From positions 94,053 to 158,052 of the forward strand of contig VHCJ01000003.1 in NCBI GenBank assembly GCA_016871755.1: 64,000 nucleotides of DNA, given 5' to 3'. Source of the DNA: Verrucomicrobiota bacterium (GTDB taxonomy: Bacteria; Verrucomicrobiota; Verrucomicrobiia; Opitutales; Opitutaceae). Position numbers and translations under genes: made by a program. Below are positions 38,513 to 48,309 of this stretch, piece by piece (positions within the stretch are counted from its first letter, which is position 1; each line of letters begins with the position of its first letter). The notes below the pieces were generated by a model, which saw only the letters and a program-made list of their open reading frames with translations, searched no databases and had not been told where the DNA came from.

Positions 38513-40012
38513 TCAGGCGCGCCGTCCGAACGTGACCCCGCGCATGTCTCCGGTGTCGAGGAAGCGCTGATGGAAGGTGAACGCCTCTGCCAGCGTCTGG
38601 GCCGTCTGGCCCTCCCGCGTGCGTTCGACGTACGCATGGAGTGCGTCGCGGAAGTCGGGGTGGGCGCAGCGGTCGGCGATGAGGGTGGCGCGCTGGTGGG
38701 GCGACTTTCCACGGAGGTCGGCGACCCCCTGATCGGTGATGATGACCTGCACGGAGTGCTCGCTGTGGTCGGCGTGCGACACGAGCGGCACGATCGTGGA
38801 GATGCAGCCGCCCTTCTGCAGGGCCGGGCAGACGAAGATGGAGATGAAGGCGTTACGGGTGAAGTCGCCGGAGCCGCCGATCCCGCTCATCAGGCTGCGG
38901 CCGAGCACGTGGGTGGAGTTCACGTTGCCGAACAGGTCGGCCTCGAGGGCGGCGTTGATGGAGATGATCCCGAGCCGACGGACGATTTCGGGATGGTTGG
39001 AAATCTCCTGCGGCCGGAGCACGATGCGGGAGCGGTAGAAGTCGAGGTCGCTGCTGAAGGCCGCGTTCATGGCCGGGCTGACGGCGATGGCGGTGGTGCT
39101 GGCGAAGGTCAGCTTGCCCGAGCGCAGGAGAGGGAAGACGGCGTCCTGCAGGACCTCCGAGTACATCTCGAACGGCGGGATGTCCGGGTGCTCGCCCATG
39201 GCGCCGAGGACGCCGTTGGCGATGTCGCCGACGCCGGACTGGATCGGGAGGAACGGGGAGGGAATGGTCCCGCGGCGGCGCTCCGCCGCGAGGAACTCGG
39301 CGACGTTGCGTCCGATCCGCCGGTGGGCCTCGCTCGGGGCCGCGAAGGTGCCGCACTCGTCGGGGCGGTGGATCTCGACGATGCCGGCGATTTTCGAGGG
39401 GTGGATGCGCACGACGGGCTCGCCGATCCGGCCGCGGACGTTGAACAGCGGGATCTCGCGGCGATGCGGCGGGTCGAGCGGTTCATAGATGTCGTGAATG
39501 CCGCGCAACTGCGGGGAGTGGGCGCGGTTGAGCTCGATGATGACGCGGTCGGCCTGGTGGCAGAACGTCGGAGTGGCGCCGACGGACGTGGTGAGCACGA
39601 TCTCGCCGTCCGGACGCACGTCGCACGCTTCGACCACGGCCCAGCGCAGGCGGCCGAGGAAGCCGTAGCGCACCGCCTGCGGCAGCATCGAGAGATGCAT
39701 GTCGAAGAACTGCACCTCGCCGGCGTTGATCTTGCGCCGGAGGTCGGGGTCCGACTGGTACGGCGTTCGGAAAAGCACGGCATCGGCCCGGGCCAGTTCG
39801 CCGTCGAGGGACGGACCCGAGGATGCCCCAGTGATGACGCCCACGCGGAAGGGGCGGCCCGCGGCGTGCTCCGCCCGGGCCCGGCGGGCGAGGGCCTCCG
39901 GGACGGCCTTGGCGGCGCCGGCGGGCGTGAACCCGCTGAAACCGACGATGTCCTGCTCGGAGATGAGGGCGGCCGCTTCGTCCGCAGTGAGCGTGGGAAA
40001 GGTCACGAACAC
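38513..40012 (-). CDS. acetyl-CoA hydrolase/transferase family protein (succinyl-CoA:acetate CoA-transferase-like)
   Basis: 499-aa ORF. [35 protein letters not shown] and the C-terminal [32 protein letters not shown]-type block (here [18 protein letters not shown]) are typical of AcetylCoA_hydro/transf. Confidence 0.85.
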   Translation of the reverse strand: [499 protein letters not shown]

Positions 40013-40114
40013 GGTCGGACGGAACGTCCGGTGGTTGACCCGAGCGACACCGGCGCGTTTGAAAAACGCAGCCCTTGCCGGACGCTGTGCAGATCTTGGC
40101 CGGAGCCGCGAAGG

Positions 40115-40651
40115 TCACGGCGCGCCGCCTGAGTTTAAGTGCCAAATCGTGGCGTTGAGCACGGTCGCGAAGGAGACCCAGAGCAGGTAGGGGAGCCAGA
40201 GCCAGCCGGCGACCGGATCGATGCGCCGGAAGCGCTGGAAGAGCCAGGCGAGGAGGGTCCAGAGCACGAGGATCTCGACGAGGGCGGCACCCGGATTGCG
40301 GAGCCCGAAGAAGAGCAGGGACCAGCCGGCGTTGAGCACGAGTTGCGCGCCGTGGCCGAGGAGCGCGGCGCGGGCGCCGGGAGCCTCCCGGCGGCGCCAG
40401 ATGCGCCACGCGGCGACGGCCATCAGGATGTAGAGGACGGTCCAGACTGGCCCGAACACCCAGCTCGGCGGATTCCACTCCGGCTTCACCAGCGTCGGGT
40501 ACCAGGACCGCACGTTGGCCGCCGTGGCGAAGCCCCCGATCGCGCTGGCGGTGAACGACGCGAGGAGCAGGCCGACGAGCGCCAGCCACGCGCGCGGCCG
40601 CGCGGGCGGGGTGGCGGGCGCGGGTGGGGGGACGGAGGATGCGGAGGCCAT
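40115..40651 (-). CDS. tspO: TspO/MBR family tryptophan-rich sensory protein
   Basis: 178-aa ORF. WYPTLVKPEWNPPSWVFGPVWTVLYILMAVAAWRIW and five hydrophobic helices are present. Confidence 0.85.
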   Translation of the reverse strand: MASASSVPPPAPATPPARPRAWLALVGLLLASFTASAIGGFATAANVRSWYPTLVKPEWNPPSWVFGPVWTVLYILMAVAAWRIWRRREAPGARAALLGHGAQLVLNAGWSLLFFGLRNPGAALVEILVLWTLLAWLFQRFRRIDPVAGWLWLPYLLWVSFATVLNATIWHLNSGGAP

Positions 40652-40663
40652 GGCGGGAGTGCC

Positions 40664-41110
40664 TCAGGCGTCGATCTTCCGCACGCGCGGGAGGTGTCGG
40701 CCGCCCTCGAACGCGGTGGTGAGCCAGACCCGGACGATCTTGAGGGCCTCCTCCTCGGTGATGGTGCGTTCGCCGAGTGAAAGGCAATTGGCGTCGTTGT
40801 GGGAGCGGTTCCAGATCGCGACCTGCTCGTTCCAGCACAGGCCGCAGCGCACGCCGGGAACGCGGTTCGCCACGATCGCCTCGCCGTTGCCCGATCCGCC
40901 GAGCACGATGCCGCGTTCGTACTCGCCGCGGGCCACGGCCTGCGCCACGGGGCGGATGAAGTCCGGGTAGTCGCAGCTCACATCGGAATACGTGCCGAAA
41001 TCCCGGACCGTATGCCCCTCGGCGAGAAGCATCGCCTTGATGGCTTCCTTGTAGCGGAAGCCGGCGTGGTCGGAGCCGATCGCGATCGTGAACGTCTGGG
41101 GCGTGCTCAT
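40664..41110 (-). CDS. rpiB: ribose-5-phosphate isomerase B (RpiB/LacAB family)
   Basis: ORF 40664..41188 trimmed to the ATG at 41110 (MSTPQTFTIAIGSDHAGFRYKEAIKAML...). It has GIVLGGSGNGEAIVANRVPGVRC. Confidence 0.85.
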   Translation of the reverse strand: MSTPQTFTIAIGSDHAGFRYKEAIKAMLLAEGHTVRDFGTYSDVSCDYPDFIRPVAQAVARGEYERGIVLGGSGNGEAIVANRVPGVRCGLCWNEQVAIWNRSHNDANCLSLGERTITEEEALKIVRVWLTTAFEGGRHLPRVRKIDA

Positions 41111-41210
41111 GCGGGGCGCGGAAAAGGGAGGAAATGCGGTTGAGTCCGCCGGGTGACGGGTCGACCGTGATGCTCGCGGCTGGCACACGGTCGCGCAAAG
41201 CGAAAACGAG

Positions 41211-41609
41211 ATGTCATTCCGACTGTCCAGTCCCGCCCCCGGTCCGACCCATGTTCCCCGGAGGTTCCTGCGGTTGCGGCGCGCGCCGCGCTGGCTCGCG
41301 GTGACTGGCCTGCTGGTCGGGCTGGCGGGGTGTGCGTCGCCGGTCCGGGTGCGCTCGGCGGCGGACGGGTCGGCCGCGCCGGGCTGGCGCGAGGTCGCCC
41401 TCGGCGTGATCCCGCCGGGTGCGACGGTCGATCAGGTCCGTGCCGCGCTGGGCGATCCGTCCGGGATCGTGCGCGAGGCGGCGGGCGCGGAGTGGTGGAC
41501 TTTCCCGGCGGGCCGGGCCGCCTGGCCCGAGGCGGCTGGGGCGGCGGTGCGGGTGCGACTGCGCGACGGCCGCGTGACGTCGGTCGAGGTCGCGCTCCCG
41601 CGGTCCTAA
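41211..41609 (+). CDS. small lipoprotein (BamE/SmpA_OmlA-like, uncertain)
   Basis: 132-aa ORF with lipobox LLVGLAGCAS. The block GATVDQVRAALGDPSGI is like the OmlA-type 'G-t--qV---lG-P' motif. Confidence 0.5.
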   Translation: MSFRLSSPAPGPTHVPRRFLRLRRAPRWLAVTGLLVGLAGCASPVRVRSAADGSAAPGWREVALGVIPPGATVDQVRAALGDPSGIVREAAGAEWWTFPAGRAAWPEAAGAAVRVRLRDGRVTSVEVALPRS

Positions 41610-41658
41610 CACCTGCGGGCCCGCGGCCCTGACGCCTACGGGCCAAACGCCTGCGGTC

Positions 41659-42351
41659 TCACCGGTCGAGGGCTTCCCAGAACCCGGCGGCGTCGCGGAG
41701 GTCGGTCAAGAACGCATCCGGCCCGTGCGCCCGCAAGGCCGCGGGATCCGAGTGGCCGGTGGCGACGGCGAGGGTGCGCGCGCCGATCGCGCGGCCGCAG
41801 GCGATGTCGTGGGGCGTGTCCCCGATGATCCAAGTCCGCTCGGGCGCAAACGACACGCCGTGGTGCTCGCGTGCGCGGCGCAGGGCGAAGGGGCCGAGTT
41901 CGTTGCGGAGTTCGTGATCATCGGCGAACGCCCCGAAGGCGAACGTCTCCCAGAGGCCGTGGCGCGCGAGCTTGATCTCGGCGCCGCGCCGCCGGTTTCC
42001 GGTCAGCAGCCCCTGCGCCACGTGAGGTCGGGCCGCGGCTTCGGCGAGACGCTCCGGCACGCCCGGCAGCACCCGCGAGGTGGCCCGCTCGAGCGCGTCG
42101 GGGAGGGCGTCGAGGTACGCGGCGGTGTACGCCTCCATCGTCTCGGGCGTATCCGGGAGGGAGAACTTCGCGAAAATGCGGCGCATGATCCACGGATCCG
42201 TCCGGCCGCCGAAGTCGATGTCCTCCAGCGAGCCCTTGATGCCGAAACGCGCCGCCAGAGCGGTTTGCAACGCACGCATGCCGGCTCCGCCCGAGGTGAG
42301 CAGCGTACCGTCAATGTCCCAGAGGAGGAGAAGGTTGGGTGAGGAATTCAT
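41659..42351 (-). CDS. HAD-superfamily hydrolase (phosphoglycolate phosphatase-like)
   Basis: 230-aa ORF. It has motif I LLLWDIDGTLL, motif II LLTGN, and motif III/IV WIIGDTPHDIACGRAIGA. Confidence 0.8.
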   Translation of the reverse strand: MNSSPNLLLLWDIDGTLLTSGGAGMRALQTALAARFGIKGSLEDIDFGGRTDPWIMRRIFAKFSLPDTPETMEAYTAAYLDALPDALERATSRVLPGVPERLAEAAARPHVAQGLLTGNRRRGAEIKLARHGLWETFAFGAFADDHELRNELGPFALRRAREHHGVSFAPERTWIIGDTPHDIACGRAIGARTLAVATGHSDPAALRAHGPDAFLTDLRDAAGFWEALDR

Positions 42352-42610
42352 CAGGGGTCGAGGGAGCCGCAGTCAGCCCACCCCGTCACCGTCAGCCGAT
42401 ACGGACGGCCGCGCGCTGTCAAAGCGTGCGCGCGACCGTTGTCCGATCCGGGACGCACCCGCACCCTGGATCCTTCGGCGACCACGGCGGCGTGCCGCCC
42501 GCGGACCATCGCGGCGGCTGGCGCGCCGGTGACCGACCGGCGGTCGAGGCGTTAACGCTCAGTCGGTCGGGACTCGCCGTCGACGACCCCGGGCGTCAGG
42601 CTACGGCGTC

Positions 42611-44461
42611 ATGCGTCCGATCAATCGCTTCCTCCTCGATCACGGCCTCCGGATCGCGGGCAACCCCTGCATCAGCCCGGACTACTGCCTCGACTGGCCG
42701 GGGCTGGTCGCGCGACTGGCGGCGGGTCATGCCGCGGTGCAGCCGTGGCCCCGGAGCGGCTTTCGGACGGCGGAGGGGGCGTGGACGCTGATTGAGGATC
42801 GTGAGACCGGCGACTGTGCGTGGTGGCTGGAGGCCTGGCCAGAGACCGCGGGTGCCGCCGACGGTCTGGCGGACGGGGTGTCGCTGGGCGCGGCGCGGGT
42901 CTTCCCGGCCACGTGGGAGAACCTCCTGCGGCTCAAGGATCTCGTCCTCGCGCATGCCCCCGGCTCCACGGTGTTTCCCGCTGCGACCGAGACCCTCGGA
43001 CGCCGCACGCTGGGCGTCGGGGCGCGCTTCACGACCCTGCACTGGCCGGCGGTCGAGTGGGCGATGGCCGCGTTGGGCATCGGCGTGACGGCGAACCAGA
43101 ATTCGATCCCGCGGGAGTTGGTCTACGACGTGGACGCGATGCTCGCGGGCCGGCTGGACCGCGTGCCGTTCCCCTTCATCGGCACGGACGTTCCGGAAGG
43201 TCACCAAGGCCAGAGCGTGGAGGGCATGAGCCACGGCAGCGTGCTCGCGAAACTGCGGCACGGCTTTCACCACCTTGGCATCGCGTGGAGCTTCAACGCC
43301 GACCATCAGCCCATCGGCGGCAAGTTCGACGTCCGCGAGGATGCGCTCGTCGAGGGATGCGTGCTCGCCAGCTACATCACCTTCGACCTCTCGCCCGAGC
43401 TGGCGCTGAACCGGCCCGCCGCGCCCTCCGAGATCGATCCCACGATCGTGGCCCAGGTGCGCGCGCGGATCGCGGCGGCGGGACTGACGATCGCCGAGCC
43501 GGCCTTCACCGAGCTCGTCGCCAAAGTATGGATACCGATGCGGAAGATGAAGCGCCGGGACGAGAAGTATGCCGCGGCCCGGGCCCGGCGGTTCCGCGTG
43601 CCGGCGGGACGGACCTACCTGCGGGAACTCTCGATCGATGAGCTGCCGGGCCTGACCACGCCGGAGACGACGGCCGTGATGCTCGCGCTCTGCGAAGCCC
43701 TGCAGATGCGGATTCACTTCGTGGCGCCGGCGTTCGGTTTCCAGAAGAACATGCCCTATCCGGACAACGCGGCGCTCCGGACCCTGATTGAGCGCCAGTG
43801 GGTGGTTTGCCGGGCGTTTGGGGCCAGCATCGGGTTTCACTCCGGGTCGGGCAAATCGGCGGAGAACTACCGCGTGATGGGGCAGGTCACCGGAGGCTGC
43901 CTGGAGATCAAGACCAGCGGCCGTTACACCTACGAGATGGGACGCGCCCTCGCGTCCTCGCGCGATGCCGGGGATCAGGCCCTGTGGCGTGACTGGTACC
44001 GCTTCACGCGGGAACTGGCGTTGCAGGGTGCCTTCAGCGCCGATGAGACGGAGCGCCGGATGGCCCGGACCTTCATCACCGAAGCCCTGCGGCTGGAGGG
44101 GGCGGCGGATCAGGCGCCCTTCGCCACGCGGGAGGCGGCCCGGGGTGCGCTCGAAGCGTTGGCGCCCAGCCCCGAGCACATGTTCTGGTTCGAGTACAAC
44201 TTCCTCTTCGTCCTCGCGGCCGGTGGCCGGGCGGACAAGGCGGCGCTGGGCGACCACTCGCCGGCGGGCTATGCGCAGCGGGCCCGTTTCTACGCGATCA
44301 GCGCGGAGGGCCGCCTGAACTACGCCCGCAACGTGGCCTCCTACCTCATCTTCCTCGCGGAGACGACCGGACTGGCGCCGGCGGATCGCTGCGCGGCGGC
44401 GCGTCGCGTGTTGGAGGACTACGCGACCCTCGACGAGTTTCTCGGCGACATCGGGCGCTGA
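42611..44461 (+). CDS. large TIM-barrel-like protein, possibly tagaturonate/fructuronate epimerase (UxaE) family; function uncertain
   Basis: 616-aa ORF. The blocks WSFNADHQP and IGFHSGSGKSAENY recall the UxaE-family 'DH' and 'HSGSDK' blocks. About 120 N-terminal residues are extra. Confidence 0.45.
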   Translation: MRPINRFLLDHGLRIAGNPCISPDYCLDWPGLVARLAAGHAAVQPWPRSGFRTAEGAWTLIEDRETGDCAWWLEAWPETAGAADGLADGVSLGAARVFPATWENLLRLKDLVLAHAPGSTVFPAATETLGRRTLGVGARFTTLHWPAVEWAMAALGIGVTANQNSIPRELVYDVDAMLAGRLDRVPFPFIGTDVPEGHQGQSVEGMSHGSVLAKLRHGFHHLGIAWSFNADHQPIGGKFDVREDALVEGCVLASYITFDLSPELALNRPAAPSEIDPTIVAQVRARIAAAGLTIAEPAFTELVAKVWIPMRKMKRRDEKYAAARARRFRVPAGRTYLRELSIDELPGLTTPETTAVMLALCEALQMRIHFVAPAFGFQKNMPYPDNAALRTLIERQWVVCRAFGASIGFHSGSGKSAENYRVMGQVTGGCLEIKTSGRYTYEMGRALASSRDAGDQALWRDWYRFTRELALQGAFSADETERRMARTFITEALRLEGAADQAPFATREAARGALEALAPSPEHMFWFEYNFLFVLAAGGRADKAALGDHSPAGYAQRARFYAISAEGRLNYARNVASYLIFLAETTGLAPADRCAAARRVLEDYATLDEFLGDIGR

Positions 44462-44530
44462 CGCCGGGTCCCCTTCACGCCCGCTCCGGGCTCGCCCCCC
44501 GTCGCCTCAGTCGTTCGAATTCGCCCGGTC

Positions 44531-45454
44531 ATGACCTTGCCCGCACTCCTCTTGAGATGCCTGCTTGTGGGGTTTCTTCTCGCTGCGCGGGCCGCTTCGG
44601 CGGCGCCAGTCGCGGATGCCGCCGTCGAGATTCGGCGCGACATCGCGTACCTCGGCAGCGATCGTGCGGAGCGACTGGACCTTTACCTGCCGGGGCAGCG
44701 CGCGGGTTTGGTGCCCGGCGTGGTCTGGATCCACGGCGGCGGATGGACCAAGGGCGGCCGCGCGCAGGCGCGGGAGCGCAACATCGGGACCACACTCGCC
44801 AGTTGGGGGTATGCGGTGGCGAGCATTAGCTACACCCTGGGCGACGGTGCGTGGCCGCGGAACCTGCATGACGTCAAGAACGCGGTACGCTTCCTACGCT
44901 CCGAGGGCGCGGGGTATGGCATCGACGGTGGGCGGATCGTGGTCGCGGGAGGGTCAGCGGGTGGCCATCTGGCCCTGCTGGCCGGCTTTACCGCCGACCG
45001 ATCGTGGGAGCCGGAGATCCCGTACCCGGGCGTCTCGAGCGCCGTGATCGCGATCATCGACTTCTACGGTCCCACGAATCACCTCAGCCGGGTGAAGGCG
45101 AATCAGGACGGCAGCGGCACGTCGATTCCGCACATGGGCAACGCCGTCGCCGTCTTTGCCGGCGGAGATCCGGAAAACCGCGAGGCGTTGGTTGATTCGT
45201 CTCCTGTCACCCACGTCGTTCCGGGGCTTCCGCCGGTACTCATCGTCCACGGCCTCGCTGACGCCACCGTGTTTCATGGGCAGTCCTCCGAACTGGCGGC
45301 GACACTCGCCCGGGCGGGAGTGCGTCACGAACTCATCCTGATTCCGGGCGTCGGCCACACCTTCGATCTGGACACGTGGAACGATCGACCGATCGGGTTT
45401 GACCTGCGCGGTCCGGTTCGGGCCTTCCTTGATCGCGTGACCCAGGAGCGCTGA
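44531..45454 (+). CDS. secreted alpha/beta hydrolase (esterase/lipase, BD-FAE-like)
   Basis: 307-aa ORF with signal MTLPALLLRCLLVGFLLAARAASAAP, oxyanion block VVWIHGGGWTKG and nucleophile elbow VVAGGSAGGHLALL. Confidence 0.8.
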   Translation: MTLPALLLRCLLVGFLLAARAASAAPVADAAVEIRRDIAYLGSDRAERLDLYLPGQRAGLVPGVVWIHGGGWTKGGRAQARERNIGTTLASWGYAVASISYTLGDGAWPRNLHDVKNAVRFLRSEGAGYGIDGGRIVVAGGSAGGHLALLAGFTADRSWEPEIPYPGVSSAVIAIIDFYGPTNHLSRVKANQDGSGTSIPHMGNAVAVFAGGDPENREALVDSSPVTHVVPGLPPVLIVHGLADATVFHGQSSELAATLARAGVRHELILIPGVGHTFDLDTWNDRPIGFDLRGPVRAFLDRVTQER

Positions 45455-45540
45455 CCGCCCACCGCCTGCTTCGCGCGGGAAGCGTTCCGCCTTCCTGGTG
45501 CTGCGAGCGGCGGGCGCGCGCCGCCCGGACGGACAAACGC

Positions 45541-46935
45541 TCAGAGCGCGTGCAGGGCGCTGCGGCTGACGGCGAGGCCCGCCTCGCGCACCGCCTCGCT
45601 CACCGTTGGGTGCGCGTGGATCGTGCGCCCGAGGTCCTCGGCGCTGCCGCCGTAGGTCATGTGCGTGACGACCTCGCTGATGAGCTCGCCTGCGTTGGCC
45701 GCGAGGATCTGCGCGCCGAGGATCCGGTCCGTCTTCGCGTCCGCGATGATCTTCACGAATCCCTCCGCGCTCGCCGCGGACAGCGCCCGGCCGTTCGCCG
45801 CGAGATTGAATTTGCCGACACTCACGGCGCGGCCGGCGGCCTTCGCGGCATCCTCGCCCAGCCCCACGGAAGCGACCTCCGGCGACGTGTAGACCACCGC
45901 CGGCACAAGATCCCAGTCGACGTGTCCGGCCCGCTGCGCGATCCACTCCGCCACGGCCACGCCGTCCTCCTCCGCCTTGTGCGCGAGCATCGGCCCGGCG
46001 ACCACGTCGCCGATCGCCCAGATGCCGGGGACGTTCGTGCGGAGGTGTCCGTCGACGCGGATGCGACCCTTCTCGTCAAGCGCCACGCCGGCGCGGTCGA
46101 GGCCCAGACCTGCGGTGCCCGGCTTGCGTCCGACCGCCACCAGCACCCGGTCGGCGGGAAACTCCAGCTTCTCGCCGCCGCGCTCGGCGGTCAGCACGCC
46201 GTTCGCGAAACCCGTGACCTTGGCCCCCGTCTCGAGTCGCAGGCCCTGCTTCTGCAGGATCCGCGTGAACGCCCGGACGATGTCGTCGTCGAAGGTCGCG
46301 ATGACCTTCGGCAGGAATTCCACGACGGTGACCTCGCTCCCGAGGCGCGACCAGACGGAGCCCAACTCCAGACCGATCGCCCCGCCGCCGACGACCACGA
46401 GCCGCTTGGGCACCGAGGGGAAGCGGATGGCCTCGTCGCTGGAGACGACGGTTTCGCCGTTGAAGCGGAGGAAAGGCAACTCGACCGGCACGGAGCCGGT
46501 GGCGATGACGAACTGGGCGGCCTGCACCCGCGTTGCCGCGCCGCCCCCGGGCGGCGTGATTTCGACCGTGCGGCCATCGACGAACGCGGCGGTGCCGGTG
46601 AGCACGGTGATCTTGCGCGCCTTGGCGAGCTGCGCGACGCCGCCGGTCAGCTTGGTGACCACGCCGTCCTTGCGCTTCAGCATCGCGGCGAGATCGACCT
46701 CGACGGCTCCGAGACGGATGCCGTGCTCGGCCGCGTGGCTGCGCGCGAAGACGAGGTGCTCGGTCGAGTGCAGCAGCGCCTTGCTCGGGATGCACCCCAC
46801 ATTGAGGCACGTGCCGCCGAGCGTGGCGCGCTTCTCCACCAGCGCGACCCGCAGGCCGAGCTGGGCGGCGCGGAACGCGCACACGTAGCCGCCGGGGCCG
46901 GCACCGATGATGAGGACGTCGAACGAGGATTCCAT
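45541..46935 (-). CDS. lpdA: dihydrolipoyl dehydrogenase (E3)
   Basis: 464-aa ORF. It has VLIIGAGPGGYVCAFRAAQLG, the redox-active GGTCLNVGCIPSK and the C-terminal HAHPTVSEA. Confidence 0.9.
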   Translation of the reverse strand: MESSFDVLIIGAGPGGYVCAFRAAQLGLRVALVEKRATLGGTCLNVGCIPSKALLHSTEHLVFARSHAAEHGIRLGAVEVDLAAMLKRKDGVVTKLTGGVAQLAKARKITVLTGTAAFVDGRTVEITPPGGGAATRVQAAQFVIATGSVPVELPFLRFNGETVVSSDEAIRFPSVPKRLVVVGGGAIGLELGSVWSRLGSEVTVVEFLPKVIATFDDDIVRAFTRILQKQGLRLETGAKVTGFANGVLTAERGGEKLEFPADRVLVAVGRKPGTAGLGLDRAGVALDEKGRIRVDGHLRTNVPGIWAIGDVVAGPMLAHKAEEDGVAVAEWIAQRAGHVDWDLVPAVVYTSPEVASVGLGEDAAKAAGRAVSVGKFNLAANGRALSAASAEGFVKIIADAKTDRILGAQILAANAGELISEVVTHMTYGGSAEDLGRTIHAHPTVSEAVREAGLAVSRSALHAL

Positions 46936-46999
46936 GAAGGGTAGGAAGCGGGAGTGCGGACGAAGGAGGCCGCCACGCCGGGCGCTGGCAGCCGGGGGT

Positions 47000-48274
47000 T
47001 TACAGCGCGAGGAGCAAGCGGGAAGGATCCTCGATCGCCTGCTTCACCTTCACGAGGAACGTGACGGCCTCGCGGCCATCGACGAGACGGTGGTCGTAGC
47101 TGAGGGCGAGGTACATCATCGGACGGATGACGACCTGCCCCGCGACGGCGACCGGGCGTTCATTGATCGCGTGCAGCCCGAGGATGCCGCTCTGCGGCGA
47201 GTTCAGGATCGGCGTCGACAGCATGGAGCCGAAGATGCCCCCGTTGGTGATGGTGAAGACACCGCCCTCGAGATCGGAAAGGGCGATCTTGCCGTCGCGG
47301 GCCTTCTTCGCCGCATCGGCGATGGCCTGCTCGATGCCGGCCATGCTGAGCTGGTCGGCGTTGCGGATGACCGGGACCATCAGCCCCTTCTCGGTGGAGA
47401 CGGCGACGCCGACATCGAAGAAGTGGTTCTGGACGACTTCATCGCCCGCGAACTGCGCGTTGATCGTCGGCACCTCACGCAGAGCATGCACGACGGCCTT
47501 CGTGAAGAAGGACATGAAGCCCAGCTTGAGACCATGACGCTTGACGAATTCATCCTGGTAGCGGGCGCGGAGGGCCATCACGGCGGACATGTCGACCTCG
47601 TTGAACGTGGTGAGCATGGCGGCCTCGTGCTGGGCCTGCACCAGCCGCTCGGCGATGCGCTTGCGCAGCGGGGAGAGACGGCGCCGCGACTGGCGGGCGC
47701 CCGGGGCGGCGGGGCTGGCTGACGCGGCCGTCACGGTAGGCGCGGCGGCGGGTGCCGCCGCCGGCACCGCGGTCGGAGTGGCCGCCGCGGGGGCGCTGAC
47801 CGGAGCGCTGACGCTGGCGGGTGCGGCTGCGACCGCGGCGGCGGCGAGCAGGTCTCCCTTGGTGACACGACCGCCTTTGCCGGAGCCCGGGATGGAGGCC
47901 GGATCGACGCCCGTCTCTTCGGCCACCCGACGGGCGGCAGGGGAGAGCGGTGCGACCGGGGTCTTGGGGGCGGCGGTGCTGCCCGCAGCCGGAACGGAGG
48001 CGGGCGCGGCGCCCCCGGCCGGAGCGGCGGTGGCGACGGCGGTGTTGAGGGTGGCCACGACCTGACCGATCTTCACCTCGGTGCCCGGAGCGACCCGGAG
48101 CGAGATGCGGCCGGCGACCTCGGCGGTGCCTTCGGACGTGATCTTGTCCGTTTCCAGTTCGAAGAGCGGCTGATCCTTGCGGACCGTGTCGCCGTCGGCG
48201 ACGTGCCACTTGGCGAGGATGCCGGAGCTGATGGATTCGCCCAGCGGCGGGATCTTGACTTCGATGAGGGCCAT
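47000..48274 (-). CDS. sucB: dihydrolipoyllysine-residue succinyltransferase (E2 of 2-oxoglutarate dehydrogenase)
   Basis: ORF 47000..48643 trimmed to the ATG at 48274 ([18 protein letters not shown]...). It has a lipoyl domain ([10 protein letters not shown]), an Ala/Pro linker, an E3-binding region and catalytic SYDHRLVDG. Confidence 0.9.
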   Translation of the reverse strand: MALIEVKIPPLGESISSGILAKWHVADGDTVRKDQPLFELETDKITSEGTAEVAGRISLRVAPGTEVKIGQVVATLNTAVATAAPAGGAAPASVPAAGSTAAPKTPVAPLSPAARRVAEETGVDPASIPGSGKGGRVTKGDLLAAAAVAAAPASVSAPVSAPAAATPTAVPAAAPAAAPTVTAASASPAAPGARQSRRRLSPLRKRIAERLVQAQHEAAMLTTFNEVDMSAVMALRARYQDEFVKRHGLKLGFMSFFTKAVVHALREVPTINAQFAGDEVVQNHFFDVGVAVSTEKGLMVPVIRNADQLSMAGIEQAIADAAKKARDGKIALSDLEGGVFTITNGGIFGSMLSTPILNSPQSGILGLHAINERPVAVAGQVVIRPMMYLALSYDHRLVDGREAVTFLVKVKQAIEDPSRLLLAL

Positions 48275-48309
48275 GACGGGGAAGAGGGGATGGGTGCGGG
48301 CGCGGACGA

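Noticed and set aside
47700-48000. Repetitive GC-rich Ala/Pro-coding stretch inside sucB, considered as a tandem repeat element
   Set aside because: It corresponds to the flexible Ala/Pro linker between the lipoyl, E3-binding and catalytic domains, a normal feature of E2 proteins.
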